Shown in pieces: positions 60,501-64,000 of a stretch of DNA of 64,000 nt. A program made the position numbers and the translations under genes. The stretch covers positions 15,226,644-15,290,643 of the forward strand of contig CM120643.1 in the NCBI GenBank assembly GCA_051362555.1, written 5' to 3'. The notes under the pieces were generated by a model. The model was not told the origin of the DNA and made no database searches. It was given only the letters and a program-made list of their open reading frames with translations. The DNA is from Lingula anatina. Its lineage: Eukaryota; Animalia; Brachiopoda. Every line of letters begins with the position of its first letter. Within the stretch, counting starts at the first letter, position 1.

Positions 60501-63054
60501 GGACTTTTGTTAGCCTGGGAAAAGGCTTACATTTTATTAAGACCCCCCCCCCCCCACCCCACGCACAGCATACAATCCTGTATAAAGCTTTTAGAGCGCA
60601 TTCAGAACAGCGAACTAACGGATCCACGGATCAAATATGGCCGATCATTGAATGCTTGTTGCGTAATCCTTGCGGGGAATCTTTTAAGTGTCTAATCGGA
60701 AATTGAGCGACAAGCTTTCTAGTGGGTCGCCATATTTGATCTGCGAATCTGTTAGTCCGCTGTTCTGAATGCGCTGTTATATATTCAAAACCAAACCTTC
60801 TTCTGTCCCAGCAAGCATTCTTCTCTGCAGCTGGAGCCAGGATACAGTTTCAGGTCCTGCAGGAAGGCCGGGCTCAGTTCCATAAGTGGGCTTCCTTTGC
60901 CACCTAACAGCGAACAATGGGGATTTCAATGACGAAAAATGGATATTTACTGCTTTTGGATATTGAAAATCCCAACTTATGTGATAAGAAGGACTTCATA
61001 TTTAAATAACCGGCATGACTTTCGACTAACGGATTTTCATGTTCGGGGCATCAACATGGCAGCAGGTGAAAATGTCATTAGCAAATATGACAGCAAGTAT
61101 ACCGCCCTCACCCCTTTAATAATACACATTTTAAAGACATTACTAGGCTTAAAGGGTTTATAAGAATTAGCTGTCTATAAAGTGTTTCACAAAGAATCTA
61201 AAAGACCGCTTGCCTTTCCTCCCCACTCTTTTTTCTTAGACAGCTGATCTTTTAGACTTGTTTGTGGCGGGGAGGGGACATGCAGATCTACTTCATTATA
61301 AATACAAAGTATTTCAGTGATTACCCGAATAGTTCCCCACAATACTCCAGCGATATTCCGAACTGTTGAACTTCTTAAAGTGCGTATAAGTGTACTGAGG
61401 TTGACCGTCTATACCATTGACAAAGGTAAACTCCTGACCTGTCGCTTCTTCTGAAATATTATGAAAATTTTTTAATCATTTCACAACAGAGAGACTGTCA
61501 TTTATTTTTCATTTATGATTTGTACACTCACATAAATATGTTCTTAAAATATCAGCTCGCTATTAAAGGATACCGGGAAAGTTTCGACTATTTGTACACC
61601 ATACCACTTGCGACTGGAGAACGTGCTGAGCTACTTGTTTTGAAAAATCAATTATTTCATGATTAATTTAAGGGTGCATTCCCAGAGATTTAGATCGATC
61701 CAGAGATAAAGATTTTAGATCGACCTAACTCCCTGGGGGTTCACGCTAAATTGCAGTCAGCCGAGCGCACACCATAGTTAATTACCCCCTTACAGCTTTT
61801 AGTAGGCGGGACAGACGTTTAAGCCGGCTAAGCTGACAGTAATCTAGCGAGACTCCCCACAGGGATAGATCAATCTAAAATCTATGGGAATGGGGTCTAA
61901 GGCTCAAAATGATTGAAATAATTACTAGTAAAATTCACTGTCTTGATAAAGTGCAGCAGAGCTGTCCTGTTCAGGTTCTCCGGTGTCATTGCATGACATA
62001 AACCCTTGAAGTTTGGGCCGCAATACGCGCTGTGCATATTCTTCAGTGCGTGGGCGAACGCGTACACGGCGTCGTGTACAAAGTGTAAGTCCAACTGCTG
62101 CGTGTAGCCTGGGTGAAAAGAACTTAAAAATGAAATTTCAGATAAGAATGAAAATTAATCTGGCGACAGAATGTATAATTAAAGAAGATAGACACTAAAA
62201 GACGTGATCTTCATGATCCAGGACTTGGCTAAGGGGGTGGGGGGTGGGGGGTGGATGAGAGGAACATTTTGCGTGGCTACACTTGGAAAATATGAAATAG
62301 GACATGTAAACGTCAACAATTTACTGTAATACGTATGTAAGGCAAGAGAAATGGAAAATTACTAAAATTATTAATGTATCATTTGGGGGAGAGGGGAGTG
62401 GAGAAGGGGGGGGGGGTTGGGTCGCCATTGCTGCTATACCTGATGATAGGTCTATCTTTTCACTCCCTGTGCATTCTTGTCTCGTTTCATTCAGTACATC
62501 ATCGATGGGGTAGCCACCATAATTGCAATTAAAATGATCGGCCCAGAATTCAGAAAACCACGGGTTTCTCTTGTTGTTTCCAGGGTTCAAACTAAATTAA
62601 ATTTAAAAAATGCAATCACAATTCACACGACGAAGTTTTTGTGAAAAGGACTTTCATAACATTTACTGAGCGTATATAAGATAAGGGACCTTGGAATCTT
62701 CTTTCATCAAAACACGATTTGAATGGAGACACTTCGTTTATTTGGATTTGAAACAAGATACTTTTTGTTATTTAGCGTTAATTTTTTTCTGGGCACTATC
62801 AAGACTCCGAGAAAGAGAGAAGCCGTACTTGGTAAAGTAGTCATCAAATCCAGGTAATATAGCCGCCATCGGTTGTGTGGCGATTGCATTCTCCGCCACG
62901 TGTTCCAGTCCCTCTACCACACTCTGGCTGGCGCTCCAGGCATCGGTGCCTATCCAGATCAGTTTGGTGAGACTTTCGCGTTTCTTACTCATCATGGCGT
63001 CCACGGCCTCGAAAAGAGGTCTGACCTGTGCAGTGTACAGGTAGAGAACTACCA
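57542..63054 (-). CDS. Metabotropic glutamate receptor-like class C GPCR, 3' part (end of Venus flytrap, Cys-rich domain, 7TM, C-tail); 5' exons not seen in the window
   Basis: Exons 63054-62829, 62591-62440, 62108-61926, 61450-61325, 60903-60797, 59582-58547 and 58143-57542 with consistent phases. Motifs WIGTDAW, NNKRNPWFSEFW, DAVYAFAHAL, 9-Cys CRD (SCCWVC), TPVIMASGRELSY, LTKTNRIARIF, KTRKTPDGFNEARYIAFT.YTTC..WLAF, CLFMPKVY..L.HPEKN. Confidence 0.95.
59907..60169. mobile_element. hAT-like MITE, family B (reverse orientation), 8-bp TSD
   Basis: CAGGGGTGGATCCAGG ... CTAAATCCGCCACTG, flanked by CCCCCACT and TCCCCACT (7 of 8 match). Confidence 0.85.
60594..60776. mobile_element. PIF/Harbinger-like MITE
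   Basis: TTA|GAGCGCATTCAGAACAGCG.ACTAAC ... GTTAGTCCGCTGTTCTGAATGCGCTG|TTA; ends 20 bp from an mGluR splice donor. Confidence 0.85.
61672..61897. mobile_element. PIF/Harbinger MITE, family A copy 3
   Basis: TAA|GGGTGCATTCCCAGAGATTTAGATCGATC ... CTATGGGAATGGGGTC|TAA. Confidence 0.9.
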
Positions 63055-63443
63055 CTGGAACGATGACATGAAGTCGAATGCCATTAGAATTAATGCCATT
63101 AGAATTAATAACAACAGCTAGACTTATTAATTAAGCACGTAACAATGAGCATTTGTTCCAAAGAATGTTCCCTTCAGGTAAAATTTTATCTAGATACATG
63201 GTAAAAGGGTCCACTTTTTCAGAAAAAAGCTCCCCCCTCCCTTTTGAAATTGCTGGCTACGGACCTGCCATTATACCGGGTACTTCTAAGCAAGAAGTTG
63301 TAAAGAGACTTGTTGTTCTTATTCTGCGGTATTCGCCTTCTATTAAACCGTATTATTATACAACATTGGTCAAAAAGGTTGTCCCACCCCTAATTCCATG
63401 TACTTTTATTTACAAACGATCATCTCACAGGTGTAAATTGTCT

Positions 63444-63632
63444 TAAACAGTGATTTTTATTCCAGATAACATATCTGACATTATTAATGTTTAAGAAAAT
63501 ACAAAATAGTGCTGAAAATATCCATATTTTATACCATTTATTCAAATTTATAACACGTACCCCCTCAAATCCGACGTTTCACTGTGATTTTCACAGAGGG
63601 TAAAGAAATGTCCATTAAATTGAAATGACACA
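63444..63632. repeat. Dispersed repeat fragment, homologous to 8565-8785
   Basis: Colinear shared blocks including CACAGAGGGTAAAGAAATGTCCATTAAATTGAAATGACAC. Confidence 0.75.
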
Positions 63633-64000
63633 ATCATCATGGAAAACATGGAAAAGGTCTAGGACGTTTCAGATCGCTGACGGTGCGCGCGCGCCATCTG
63701 GTGTTAAGTCCGCGAATGACCGTTTGCGGTAACTGATTGTCGAGTTGCTGTAACTGATTGTTGAGTTGCGGTAACCGACTTTTGAATCGTTTATTGATTG
63801 TTAGATTTTGACGAATGATTAAAATGACCAAAACTAATTTAGTAGAATTAAGTTTAGATAGTTAAAGTAGGTTTTGACTGTTAAATAGTGCCGATAGATT
63901 GTTGAATTAACGTCTGCATTTTTTGTGTGAATGGCGTTCCATAGATATCTTAACTGCTAGTTTGTATTTTCTGTACCAATAATCATGTTAGTAATGATAT

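Noticed and set aside
63691-63703. CTCF-like motif GCGCCATCTGGTG (weaker matches near 48855 and 22810)
   Set aside because: Short motif in or next to repeat-derived sequence; function cannot be supported from sequence alone.

Overview
AT-rich, intron-rich eukaryotic DNA from an invertebrate animal, probably a lophotrochozoan such as a mollusc (inferred from gene content and repeats). It has no prokaryotic operons, RNA genes or CRISPR arrays. I reconstructed nine protein-coding genes by hand; for the seven multi-exon models every intron is GT-AG and the exon phases are consistent. (1) A 3'-truncated zinc alcohol dehydrogenase of bacterial type (-). (2) An intronless type II membrane protein with a DxD motif (+). 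(3) An hnRNP C/RALY-type RRM protein that also carries two BCL11-like zinc fingers (-). (4) MPV17L2, head-to-head with gene 3 (+). (5, 7) Two convergent 8-exon paralogues encoding membrane-anchored, stand-alone proteins that resemble bacterial ArgT/HisJ/ArtJ periplasmic binding proteins. (6) An orphan type I membrane protein lying between them (-). (8) A secreted VWC/ShKT/FN2/mucin mosaic protein (-). (9) The 3' part of an mGluR-type class C GPCR with Asp at the position of the glutamate-binding Lys409 (-). Introns and intergenic DNA are full of non-autonomous DNA transposons (PIF/Harbinger-, Kolobok-, hAT- and Mutator-like MITEs). The best candidate for an undescribed system is the pair of animal membrane-tethered solute-binding proteins, possibly acting with the neighbouring divergent mGluR. 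The RRM-BCL11 zinc-finger chimera is second. All family assignments come from motifs I recognised by eye; no database search was run.
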